From an archaeon (lineage in GTDB: Archaea > Iainarchaeota > Iainarchaeia > Iainarchaeales > Iainarchaeaceae), in contig JBBSVV010000051.1 in NCBI GenBank assembly GCA_038046625.1, positions 6,520-38,578 on the forward strand: a stretch of DNA of 32,059 nucleotides, written 5' to 3'. A program made the position numbers and the translations under genes. Below are positions 18,004 to 26,621 of the stretch, piece after piece. Under the pieces are notes generated by a model. That model was not told where the DNA came from. It ran no database searches and was given only the letters and a program-made list of their open reading frames with translations. Position 1 is the stretch's first letter. Every line of letters starts with the position of its first letter.

Positions 18004-19254
18004 TTGTACAAACAGCACCTGGATTATTTGAAGGAACATGACACGAAAATTTACGGCTTTTTAGAAGACGAAAAAAAGAGGCAAATGGAAGGACTCGAAT
18101 TAATCCCCTCCGAAAACCTTGTTTCGCAGGGCGTTTTGGAGGCCTTGGGAAGCGTCGCAACAAACAAATACTCTGAAGGCTACCCCGGAAAAAGGTACTA
18201 CGGCGGCAACGAAGTAATAGATAAAATAGAAAACCTCGCGATTGAACGCGCAAAAAAACTTTTCAATGCAGAACATGTGAATGTCCAGCCGAATTCAGGG
18301 AGCCCCGCGAACATGGCGGTTTACTGGGCGCTGATGGAGCCCGGAGACAAGGCTCTTGGAATGAAACTCACTGAAGGAGGCCACTTGACACACGGGCACA
18401 AAGTGAATTTCTCCGGAAAACTCTACAATTTCCTTCAATACGGCGTAAACAAGGAAACCGAGCGCCTCGATTATGACGCAATAACTGAACAGGCTTCGCG
18501 CGAAAAACCGAAACTCATTCTTTCAGGATACACTGCTTATCCGCGCGAAATTAATTTCAAAAAATTCCGCAAAATTGCGGACGAAACAGGCGCAATCTGC
18601 ATGGCGGACATCTCGCATATTGGGGGGCTCTGCGCAACAGGAGTCCACGAAAACCCGACGCCTTACTTTGATGTGGTTACAACCACAACCCACAAGACTT
18701 TGCGGGGCCCGAGGAGCGCAATAATAATGTGCAAAAAGGAGTTCGCGGAAAAAATAGACAAGGCCGTTTTCCCGGGGCTTCAGGGCGGGCCGCACGAGCA
18801 CGTGATTGCGGCCAAGGCAGTTGCATTCAAGGAGGCTTCAACACCTGAATTCAAAAAATATGCGCAGCAGATAGTGAAGAACGCGAAGGCGCTTGCAAAA
18901 ACCCTCAACGAAAACGGCCTGAGGCTCGTTTCAGGCGGAACAGACAATCACTTGATGCTTGTTGATGTCACCCGATTCGGAATCACGGGAAAAGAGGCCG
19001 AATCCGCGCTCGAAAAGGCGGCCATTTACTGCAACAAGAACACTATTCCTTTCGACACGCGCTCGCCATGGGACCCGAGCGGAATAAGGATTGGCACCCC
19101 AGTTCTAACCACGCGGGGAATGAAGGAAAAGGAAATGCAGGAAACCGGAAACCTTATCACGGAAGCCCTGCACAACGCGAAGGACGAGGCAAAGCTCAAA
19201 GGCGTGAAGCAGAAAGTGTTTAAGCTCTGCAGCGAATTCATTTTTTACAAGTGA
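18004..19254 (+). CDS. glyA: Serine hydroxymethyltransferase
   Basis: [47 protein letters not shown]; TTG start after GGGGTG. Confidence 0.98.
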   Translation: MYKQHLDYLKEHDTKIYGFLEDEKKRQMEGLELIPSENLVSQGVLEALGSVATNKYSEGYPGKRYYGGNEVIDKIENLAIERAKKLFNAEHVNVQPNSGSPANMAVYWALMEPGDKALGMKLTEGGHLTHGHKVNFSGKLYNFLQYGVNKETERLDYDAITEQASREKPKLILSGYTAYPREINFKKFRKIADETGAICMADISHIGGLCATGVHENPTPYFDVVTTTTHKTLRGPRSAIIMCKKEFAEKIDKAVFPGLQGGPHEHVIAAKAVAFKEASTPEFKKYAQQIVKNAKALAKTLNENGLRLVSGGTDNHLMLVDVTRFGITGKEAESALEKAAIYCNKNTIPFDTRSPWDPSGIRIGTPVLTTRGMKEKEMQETGNLITEALHNAKDEAKLKGVKQKVFKLCSEFIFYK

Positions 19255-19259
19255 AAAAA

Positions 19260-20114
19260 ATGCCCGCAAAAATCATTGACGGAAAAAAAATCGCGGAAAA
19301 AATCCTCGAGAAGGCAAAGAAAGACGTCAAAGCGCTCAAGGAAAAAGGCACCACCCCGAAACTCGTTGTAATTCAGGTCGGCGATGACCCCGCTTCAAGC
19401 ATTTACGTGCAGAAGAAGCGCGACAAGTGCCTCGAGCTCGGAATGGCTTCTGAAATAAAAAAATTCGGCGAAAAAATCACTTACACCGAGTTTCTCTTTG
19501 AAATTGAAAAACTCAACAAGGATGATTCAGTGCACGGAATACTGATACAGCTTCCTTTGCCTGAACATCTGAGCCACAAACAAGTCTTTGAAACAATTGA
19601 TGTCTGCAAGGACGTTGACGGCCTTCATCCCGCGAACCACGGAAAGAATCTTTTGGGCAAGGAATGCTTCCGGCCCGCGACACCCATAGGAATAATGAAA
19701 ATCCTGCACGAAACCGGCGTGAAACTCGAGGGAAAAAATGCAGTGGTTATTGGAAGGAGCAACATTGTCGGAAAGCCAATTGCAATAATGCTTTTGAATG
19801 CGGGCTGCACTGTAACAATCTGCCACAGCAAAACAACGAATTTGAAAGAGCACACACTGAAAGCCGACATACTGATTTCCGCGGCGGGAAAGCCGAAGCT
19901 CGTGAAGGAAAGCATGGTGAAGAAGGGCGCAATAGTGATTGACGTTGGCACAACCAAAATGAAGAACGGCAAATTATGCGGGGATGTTGATTTTGAGAAA
20001 GTGAGGAAAAAAGCCTCTTGGATTACGCCCGTGCCCGGAGGCGTGGGGCCCATGACGATTGCAAGTGTTGTTGAGAATACAGTTAAAGCATGCAGAGAGA
20101 TCACAAATGCCTGA
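19260..20114 (+). CDS. folD: Bifunctional methylene-THF dehydrogenase/cyclohydrolase
   Basis: IIDGK, QLPLP, KDVDG, GRSNIVGKP, ITPVPGGVGPMT. Confidence 0.97.
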   Translation: MPAKIIDGKKIAEKILEKAKKDVKALKEKGTTPKLVVIQVGDDPASSIYVQKKRDKCLELGMASEIKKFGEKITYTEFLFEIEKLNKDDSVHGILIQLPLPEHLSHKQVFETIDVCKDVDGLHPANHGKNLLGKECFRPATPIGIMKILHETGVKLEGKNAVVIGRSNIVGKPIAIMLLNAGCTVTICHSKTTNLKEHTLKADILISAAGKPKLVKESMVKKGAIVIDVGTTKMKNGKLCGDVDFEKVRKKASWITPVPGGVGPMTIASVVENTVKACREITNA

Positions 20115-20712
20115 ATTGAGAATCGCGGTGCTCGGCTCCACCAAAGGAACGGATTTGCAGGCAATAATTGATGCGATTGAAAAGCGCGAACTGGACGCGA
20201 AAATAGTGCTCGTTGCATCGGACAGGAAAAACGCGTTCATTCTGGAGCGCGCAAAAAAACACGGCATCGAAACCCTTTGTGTCGATTACAAAAAGCTTGC
20301 AGAAAGGAAAAAGGCCGAAGAGGCAATGGTGAAGGCACTCAGGAAAAGGAAAACGGAACTCGTGCTGCTGATAGGGTTCATGAAAATACTCACGCCTTAC
20401 TTCGTGCACGAATTCAGGCACAGGATCTGGAACATTCACCCCTCGCTTTTGCCGAAATATGCGGGCGGAATGAATCTCGATGTTCACGCAGAGGTGCTGC
20501 GCAACAATGAAAAGGAAAGCGGGTGCACTTTGCACGAGGTTTCCGAGCGCGTTGATGCCGGAAAAATAATAATGCAGAAAAAAGTGAAGATTGCCGCCTC
20601 TGAGACACCCGAAACCCTGAGGGAAAAGGTGCAGAAGCTCGAACAGGAATCCTTTCTGGAAGCAATTAAAATGGTTACACAGGGGCAAATAAGCATAGGT
20701 GGGCAAAAATGA
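20107..20712 (+). CDS. purN: GAR transformylase (folate-dependent)
   Basis: GSTKGTDLQA, GFMKIL, NIHPSLLP, SGCTLH, VDAGKII. Confidence 0.95.
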   Translation: MPELRIAVLGSTKGTDLQAIIDAIEKRELDAKIVLVASDRKNAFILERAKKHGIETLCVDYKKLAERKKAEEAMVKALRKRKTELVLLIGFMKILTPYFVHEFRHRIWNIHPSLLPKYAGGMNLDVHAEVLRNNEKESGCTLHEVSERVDAGKIIMQKKVKIAASETPETLREKVQKLEQESFLEAIKMVTQGQISIGGQK

Positions 20713-22241
20713 AAGTGAAAACCGCGCTGATTTCAGTTTCCGACAAAACAGGCCTCCTTGATTTCGCGAAAAGGCTTGAAAAGCTCGGCGTGAAAATAAT
20801 TTCCTCGGGCGGAACATGGAAAGCGCTCAATGAAGCCGGCATAAAAGCAGTTAAAGTCGAGGATTTCACGGGCTTTCCGGAAATGCTTGATGGACGCGTG
20901 AAGACATTGCACCCGAAAATACACGCAGGCATTTTGGCGAAAAGGAACAAGGAGCACCTCGCAGAAATGAAAAAACATTCGCTTGAAACAATCGACTTGG
21001 TTGCCGTGAATTTGTACCCGTTCAGGGAAACTGTTTCGAAGCAAAACGTTTCGCTTGAAGAAGCAATCGAGAACATTGATATCGGCGGGCCAGCAATGAT
21101 TCGTGCTGCGGCAAAAAACTTTGAAAGCTTAGGAGTTGTTGTTGAACATGCGCAATATGAAAAAGTTCTTCGCGAACTTGAAACAAAGGGCGAATTGTCA
21201 GAGCAGCTAAAAAAAGAATTGTGCCTCGAGGCGTTCCAGCACACTGCATTTTACGATTCAATGGTCTCGCAATACCTCTCAAAAAAATTCGGCGGGCCAA
21301 GGTTTCCGGAAAAGCTTTCGCTCGGTTTCGAAAAAGCAGGCTCTTTGAGGTATGGCGAGAACCCGCATCAGGAGGCGGCGCTCTACAAAAACCCATTGGA
21401 GAACGGAAACCTCATTGATGCGGAGCAATTGAACGGCAAGGAACTCTCGTTCAACAATTACGGCGACGCGAATGCCGCAATCGCAATCGCGCGCGAATTC
21501 CAGGAGCCGTGCGCGGTAATAGTGAAGCACGCTAACCCGTGCGGCGTTGCAACTGCACAGAAACTTTCCGATGCGTTCAGGAAAGCCCTTGAATGCGACC
21601 CGGAAAGCGCTTTCGGGGGAATAATTGCGCTCAACAAAAAATGCGACATTGAAACCGCAAGGCAAATTACCGCTTTTTTCAACGAAGTGGTCATTGCCCC
21701 AGCAGAGTACGATGCGAATGCCCTGCAGGAACTAAAAGCCAAGAAGAATTTGCGCGTTTTGAGGCTCAAAACAAGCGGAAAAACAGCTTTGGAACTGGAT
21801 TTTAGGCACATTTCCGGGGGTTTGCTCGCACAGGAAAACGATTCAACCGGCACTTCAGAATGGGAAAACAAATCCGGCATTGAACCCGGAAAAGAGTACC
21901 TGAATGACCTGGAGTTCGCGTGGAAAATCGTGAGGCACGTGAAGAGCAACGCAATAGTGATAGCAAAGCACTGCGCAACCATAGGCATTGGAGTGGGCCA
22001 GACTTCGCGCGTAAAGGCGGTCAGGCAGGCACTTGAGCAGGCGGATGCCAAGACACACGGCGCGGTGCTCGCTTCCGACGCTTTTTTCCCGTTCAAGGAT
22101 TCAATTGAACTCATTGCAAAGGCAGGCATCAAGGCGGTTGTCGAGCCCGGCGGAAGCATCAAGGATGAAGAAGTGATTGAGGCCGCGAAAAAGCTCGGGG
22201 TTGCGCTTTACTTCACTGGTGAGCGCCACTTCAGGCATTAA
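20709..22241 (+). CDS. purH: Bifunctional AICAR transformylase/IMP cyclohydrolase
   Basis: ALISVSDK, GRVKTLHP, IDIGGP, LRYGENPHQ, KHANPCG, KSNAIV, SDAFFPF, RHFRH. Confidence 0.98.
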   Translation: MKVKTALISVSDKTGLLDFAKRLEKLGVKIISSGGTWKALNEAGIKAVKVEDFTGFPEMLDGRVKTLHPKIHAGILAKRNKEHLAEMKKHSLETIDLVAVNLYPFRETVSKQNVSLEEAIENIDIGGPAMIRAAAKNFESLGVVVEHAQYEKVLRELETKGELSEQLKKELCLEAFQHTAFYDSMVSQYLSKKFGGPRFPEKLSLGFEKAGSLRYGENPHQEAALYKNPLENGNLIDAEQLNGKELSFNNYGDANAAIAIAREFQEPCAVIVKHANPCGVATAQKLSDAFRKALECDPESAFGGIIALNKKCDIETARQITAFFNEVVIAPAEYDANALQELKAKKNLRVLRLKTSGKTALELDFRHISGGLLAQENDSTGTSEWENKSGIEPGKEYLNDLEFAWKIVRHVKSNAIVIAKHCATIGIGVGQTSRVKAVRQALEQADAKTHGAVLASDAFFPFKDSIELIAKAGIKAVVEPGGSIKDEEVIEAAKKLGVALYFTGERHFRH

Positions 22242-22252
22242 TTGTAAACAAT

Positions 22253-22454
22253 TACCATCGAGCCTCAAAAGGGCGAAGATGGTACTCGCACAACGCAAGC
22301 CCGCGTTGGGTAACAGTTTGGCTAATGAATATATGCTGCAATGCTTCTTATTGCCAAACTGTTAGGGCGCACGCCTCCGGCAGTGCTGACCTTACTATCG
22401 AGCCCCAAGGCGAAGATAGTACTCGCACCCAACCGACGAAACGGTTGTGGCACT
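22253..22454 (+). ncRNA. Candidate structured ncRNA or 3'-UTR element: two homologous two-hairpin modules flanking a long hairpin
   Basis: Copies at 22253-22310 and 22393-22450 with compensatory changes in both stems; 12-bp perfect inverted repeat at 22311-22364. Family not recognised. Confidence 0.55.
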
Positions 22455-22491
22455 TTAAGCATTGAATCCACAATTTTTTTCATAATGCGGA

Positions 22492-23052
22492 CTAAATTTT
22501 CACTATCCTCTTTTCGGTAACGATGAAATGCATCCTAGCATCATGCGTCTCCTTCGGAACGCTTTCAACGAACTGGAAATCGAACGCCAAGGCAACGCGC
22601 AAGCCCTTAATTTTTGGGTTTGAAAAGAACCTGTCGAAAAAGCCGGCTCCGAAACCCAGCCTGTGGCCCTTCGCATCAAAAGCAACACCCGGAACCACAA
22701 AAACACCAATCTCCGAAGCGGCAACAGGATTCTGCCCTTCAGGCTCCGGAATGCCATGCTCCGTTTCCCTCAGCTCGGAAAGCGAAGAAATTTCGCAAAA
22801 GGAAAGCGTGTTGTTCTCGAAGTCCGTTTCGGGAACACAAACTCTTTTGCCGAGAGACAACAGTTTTTTTATTATTCCGCGCGTGGAAGGCTCGTTGTCG
22901 AAATCAGCGTAAACGCCGAAAATCTTCGCTTCCGAAATCTCCTTCAATAGAAAAAAGTGCTTTTCAATCGCGAGGCTCTTTTCCAGAATCTCTTTCTGCT
23001 TCAAGGCCCTTCTTTTGGAAAGCAGTTCCGAACGCAAAGCGGTTTTATCCAT
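22492..23052 (-). CDS. ygfA: 5-formyltetrahydrofolate cyclo-ligase
   Basis: KTALR, HGIPEP, VVPGVAFD..GHRLGFGAGFFDR, HDARM..IVTE. Confidence 0.95.
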   Translation of the reverse strand: MDKTALRSELLSKRRALKQKEILEKSLAIEKHFFLLKEISEAKIFGVYADFDNEPSTRGIIKKLLSLGKRVCVPETDFENNTLSFCEISSLSELRETEHGIPEPEGQNPVAASEIGVFVVPGVAFDAKGHRLGFGAGFFDRFFSNPKIKGLRVALAFDFQFVESVPKETHDARMHFIVTEKRIVKI

Positions 23053-23090
23053 CAACAGTTCAACCGAAATAATTAGGAGCCAAAAAACTT

Positions 23091-24452
23091 TTATCTGAAG
23101 ATGCTGCCGAACAAATCGATGAAAAATATCTTTATGCCCAGAACAATCTCGCTCGAACCGTAAGAAATGTTTCCCGCGCTTTTCTGCTTCAGGAATTCGG
23201 CCTTCTTGCCCTGCGCACTGGAAATCGCGGTAACCGCATTCTGGTTAGCCTTGAACCACATGGTTGACTTCTGGCAAACACCGTCATTTACAACCGCGGG
23301 ATTCGTAACCTGGACACAGAACCTTTCCAAACCAGCATCGGTTTGAATGTCGGCCTGGACTATTTCGTTCGCAAAAATCCCGTACAAATAATTCCCTAAT
23401 TCCTTCACCGAAGCCGAATTGCCGGCACCGCTTGAACCGCCGGAGCACTCAACATACATTTCCCTGAACAAGCCGCCTATCTCTTCGCCACAAGTAACAT
23501 TCACATTGCATGCGGGGCAAACCTGGCAATTATTGAAAGCACTTTCACAAGCCAAGCCTGTCTGCGGCGGGCCATTGCAATAGAATCCTGCCTTGCTGCC
23601 GTTCACAGTAGTTGTAACCGAAGCACTGGGGTGGAAGTACTTGCACACATCGGTTGTGTAAGCAGTGTAACCTACACATGTTTTTCCAACGGAAACACAA
23701 ACCTCGTTCCCCGTATTCTTGGCGCTGTCGGTTGAAGTGACAACACAATATGTTTTGCCGTTGTAAGTGTAGCACGAACCCGCGGCAGCATTATTTCCCG
23801 AGCCTGAATTATTTGATCCGTCGGCGTTTCCCTGAGAACCGGAATTTCCTGAATTGCCATTGCTACCTGAACCTGTTACGCTTGAACCGCTTCCCGAGGA
23901 ACCCGAAACAAAGTAAACTCCGTTGCTGCTGGAAATGTTTGCAGCCGGAACACCCATGCACGTCGCCAATTGCGCCGCGGTCGTTGAATAACAAGGCGCA
24001 TTGGCAGCACAATTCGTTGCCTGCCACTTATTGCATCCCGGCGAGGCCGAATCGGGAACGCATTGCTGATAGGCATAAGCGCTTGCACACGAAACCTGGT
24101 TCAAGGCACAGTCATTGTAAGAGCACGAATCAACAGAGCCGCTTGTTTGCGTGGGCCCGGACTTGAGGTAAGTCGTGTTGCTGCACTTCACTTGGTTCGC
24201 GGCGCCTGAATGCGAAGCCCCGCACACAACCTGCCCGTTGCCAGAAGGAGTGTTGTTGGAACACGAAATCACGCTACCAAAAGTCGTTGTTCCGGTTACG
24301 GCCATTCCAAGCTTGCAGAAACTCTCCTTAGCGCCCGCCAAATTGCAGTTCACCTGCCCCTGATTCTTGTAAACACACTGGTAATCGGCCGCGGAAGCAA
24401 GAGTAGCGAAAAAAACTATGAAAATAAAACCAACCAGGTACTTGGATTGCAT
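23091..24452 (-). CDS. Secreted cysteine-rich surface protein
   Basis: Signal peptide (MQSKYLVGFIFIVFFATLASA), 28 Cys, G/S/N-rich linkers separating three domains. Confidence 0.75.
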   Translation of the reverse strand: MQSKYLVGFIFIVFFATLASAADYQCVYKNQGQVNCNLAGAKESFCKLGMAVTGTTTFGSVISCSNNTPSGNGQVVCGASHSGAANQVKCSNTTYLKSGPTQTSGSVDSCSYNDCALNQVSCASAYAYQQCVPDSASPGCNKWQATNCAANAPCYSTTAAQLATCMGVPAANISSSNGVYFVSGSSGSGSSVTGSGSNGNSGNSGSQGNADGSNNSGSGNNAAAGSCYTYNGKTYCVVTSTDSAKNTGNEVCVSVGKTCVGYTAYTTDVCKYFHPSASVTTTVNGSKAGFYCNGPPQTGLACESAFNNCQVCPACNVNVTCGEEIGGLFREMYVECSGGSSGAGNSASVKELGNYLYGIFANEIVQADIQTDAGLERFCVQVTNPAVVNDGVCQKSTMWFKANQNAVTAISSAQGKKAEFLKQKSAGNISYGSSEIVLGIKIFFIDLFGSIFR

Positions 24453-24581
24453 CGTAATCCAATAGGAGCGAGCAATTTAAAAAAAGTACTTTTAGGTGAG
24501 CCTAACAATCTACAAAAAACTAAACAACATTGACCAACTGGCCTGACTGGATTTATTAAACCAGAAAACCATAGTTTTATT

Positions 24582-25310
24582 ATGAATGGCCAGGCTAAGC
24601 CACTTGTAGTCATGCTTATTCCCGCTTTTAATGAAGAGAACAAAATAGAGAGAGCAATTGGGAATATTGCCCTCAAGCAACGTTTTGAATTGAAAGAATT
24701 CGATGTTAAAATTGCTGTTGTAAATGACGGGAGTACGGATAGAACAAGAGAAGCCGCATTGAGGGCAAATGCAGAAGTGCTGACTCTTCCAAAAAACATG
24801 GGAAAAGCCTATGCTGCAATGTATGGCATCAAACATTTTTCAAAATTGAAGCCCTCAGCCATATTACTATGCGATGCCGATGTATGGTCGATAAAAGGAA
24901 AAGTAGTTAAAAAAATGATAACCGAGTCATTGGCATATGCTGCCCCTGCCATGGTCCAAGCAGTTCAGCGGGAAGACAATCAACCAACATTCATGCGCGA
25001 TTATGCTGGTTTTAGATGTTTCAACAGTGCAGCAATAGCAAAGTTGGCCAGCCTCAATTATCACCATTTTAGAAGAGAAAGAAGACACAGCACCCCAGGG
25101 TTTGGGTTAGAAGAATTTTTTAGACAATATATGAACAGCTTACGAGAAAGTACGGTAATAAACCTCACCCAAAAAGACGGTTTTTTCCAAACTAGTTCGC
25201 CTTGGAGGTCAAACCAAGATAATTACAGGCTGCAGCATGAAGAAATCCCAAGAGCCAAAGCTAAAATGGAAAGAATATTGGGAAGAATAAGAAGAACGCC
25301 GCACCACTAG
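24582..25310 (+). CDS. Divergent GT2-family glycosyltransferase
   Basis: LIPAFNEE, VVNDGSTDRT, NMGKA, LCDAD (DxD); C-terminal half divergent and Arg-rich. Confidence 0.75.
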   Translation: MNGQAKPLVVMLIPAFNEENKIERAIGNIALKQRFELKEFDVKIAVVNDGSTDRTREAALRANAEVLTLPKNMGKAYAAMYGIKHFSKLKPSAILLCDADVWSIKGKVVKKMITESLAYAAPAMVQAVQREDNQPTFMRDYAGFRCFNSAAIAKLASLNYHHFRRERRHSTPGFGLEEFFRQYMNSLRESTVINLTQKDGFFQTSSPWRSNQDNYRLQHEEIPRAKAKMERILGRIRRTPHH

Positions 25311-25316
25311 AAACAT

Positions 25317-26585
25317 TCATTTCCTGTTTATTGCCTTTTTTCCTATGTCGGCGCGGAACTGCATCCCCTCGAAATCAATCTGTGAAACGCCTGTGTAAGC
25401 GTTTGCAATCGCTTCCTTAATGCTTTTACCGAGGCCGGTTACCCCGAGCACGCGGCCGCCGCTTGTAAGGATTTTTCCATCCTTCAAAGCCGTTCCGGCG
25501 TGGAAAACAAAAACATCCTTGAATGCTTTTACATTATCCAGCCCCTCAATTATTTTCCCTTTTTCATACTTATCAGGATAGCCCTTCGAAGCAAGCACAA
25601 CACAGCACGCGGAACCTTCTCGCCACTTCAAATCAATTTTATCCAACTTGCCATCGATGCATGCCTCTAACACATCAACCAAATCATTCTCAAGGCGCGG
25701 AATAACGACCTGCGTTTCGGGGTCGCCAAAGCGCGCATTGAACTCGAGCACCTTGAAATCCTTTCCTTTAATCATCAAACCCGCGTACAGAACACCCTTG
25801 TACGGCGCACCGCGCTTCGCGAGCTCCTTCATCACGGGAAGCATCACTTCCTTTTCAATGCGCTTCTCCAAGCCCTCAACCACAGGCGCGGGGCTGTAAG
25901 CACCCATTCCGCCTGTGTTTGCGCCTTTATCGTTGTCAAAAATCCTTTTATGATCCTGGCTCGAAACCATGAGCTTCACATTCTTGCCGTCACAGAAAGC
26001 GAGAATGCTTGCTTCCTCCCCTTCAAGCAATTCCTCAACCACAATCCTTGAACCCGCGTCGCCGAAAATCTTTTCCTGCAGCAACTTGTTCACCGCGCCC
26101 ATGATTTCGCTTTTTGAATTGCAGATGAAAACCCCTTTTCCCGAGGCAAGTCCATCCGCTTTCACGGCAGCCTTTTCAAAATCACCAAGGGACATCTGCG
26201 CCTCATCAATGCCTACAATCACTTTGTAGGCAGCTGTCTTGACTCCGGCAGCAACCATCACTTCTTTCGAGAAAGCCTTTGAGCCCTCAATCAAAGCGGC
26301 TTTTTGCGAAGGGCCAAAAATCCGCAAGCCCTTTTTTTCAAAAGCATCCACAACACCATTAACGAGCGGACCCTCTGGGCCCACAACAGTCAAATCAATT
26401 TTATTTTTCACGGCAAAATTCAGCAAGGCATCAATGTCCTCGGCATCAATCGGAACATTTTCCGCGAGCTCCGCGGTTCCCGCGTTTCCCGGGGCGCAGA
26501 AAATCTTTTTCACGCGCTTGCTCTGAGAGAGTTTCCAAACCAATGCGTGCTCCCTTCCCCCCGAACCTATTACAAGAACCTTCAT
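25317..26585 (-). CDS. purD: Phosphoribosylamine-glycine ligase
   Basis: GSGGREHAL, GPE.PL, KADGLASGKGV, QDHKR, NTGGMGAYSP, EFNARFGDPE, FHAGT. ATG 26585 follows AGGTG. Confidence 0.98.
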   Translation of the reverse strand: MKVLVIGSGGREHALVWKLSQSKRVKKIFCAPGNAGTAELAENVPIDAEDIDALLNFAVKNKIDLTVVGPEGPLVNGVVDAFEKKGLRIFGPSQKAALIEGSKAFSKEVMVAAGVKTAAYKVIVGIDEAQMSLGDFEKAAVKADGLASGKGVFICNSKSEIMGAVNKLLQEKIFGDAGSRIVVEELLEGEEASILAFCDGKNVKLMVSSQDHKRIFDNDKGANTGGMGAYSPAPVVEGLEKRIEKEVMLPVMKELAKRGAPYKGVLYAGLMIKGKDFKVLEFNARFGDPETQVVIPRLENDLVDVLEACIDGKLDKIDLKWREGSACCVVLASKGYPDKYEKGKIIEGLDNVKAFKDVFVFHAGTALKDGKILTSGGRVLGVTGLGKSIKEAIANAYTGVSQIDFEGMQFRADIGKKAINRK

Positions 26586-26621
26586 GCCAAACACCTAAAA
26601 ACAAATAAAAAATAAAATCAA

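Noticed and set aside
20700-20712. Frameshift fusion of purN to purH at the ATGA overlap
   Set aside because: G CAA AAA is not a valid slippery heptamer; ordinary translational coupling.
22253-22454. CRISPR array, hammerhead or HDV-like ribozyme, SECIS, 6S RNA or known riboswitch as identity of the tandem element
   Set aside because: Only two diverged copies, ~100 nt between the conserved cores and no cas genes. GA-GCC..GGC-GAA lacks the hammerhead CUGAnGA core. The HDV P1-P3 order cannot be built. The GAA is on the wrong arm for an archaeal SECIS. It lies downstream rather than upstream of ygfA and is not a 6S-like rod. No ZTP, THF or glycine consensus.
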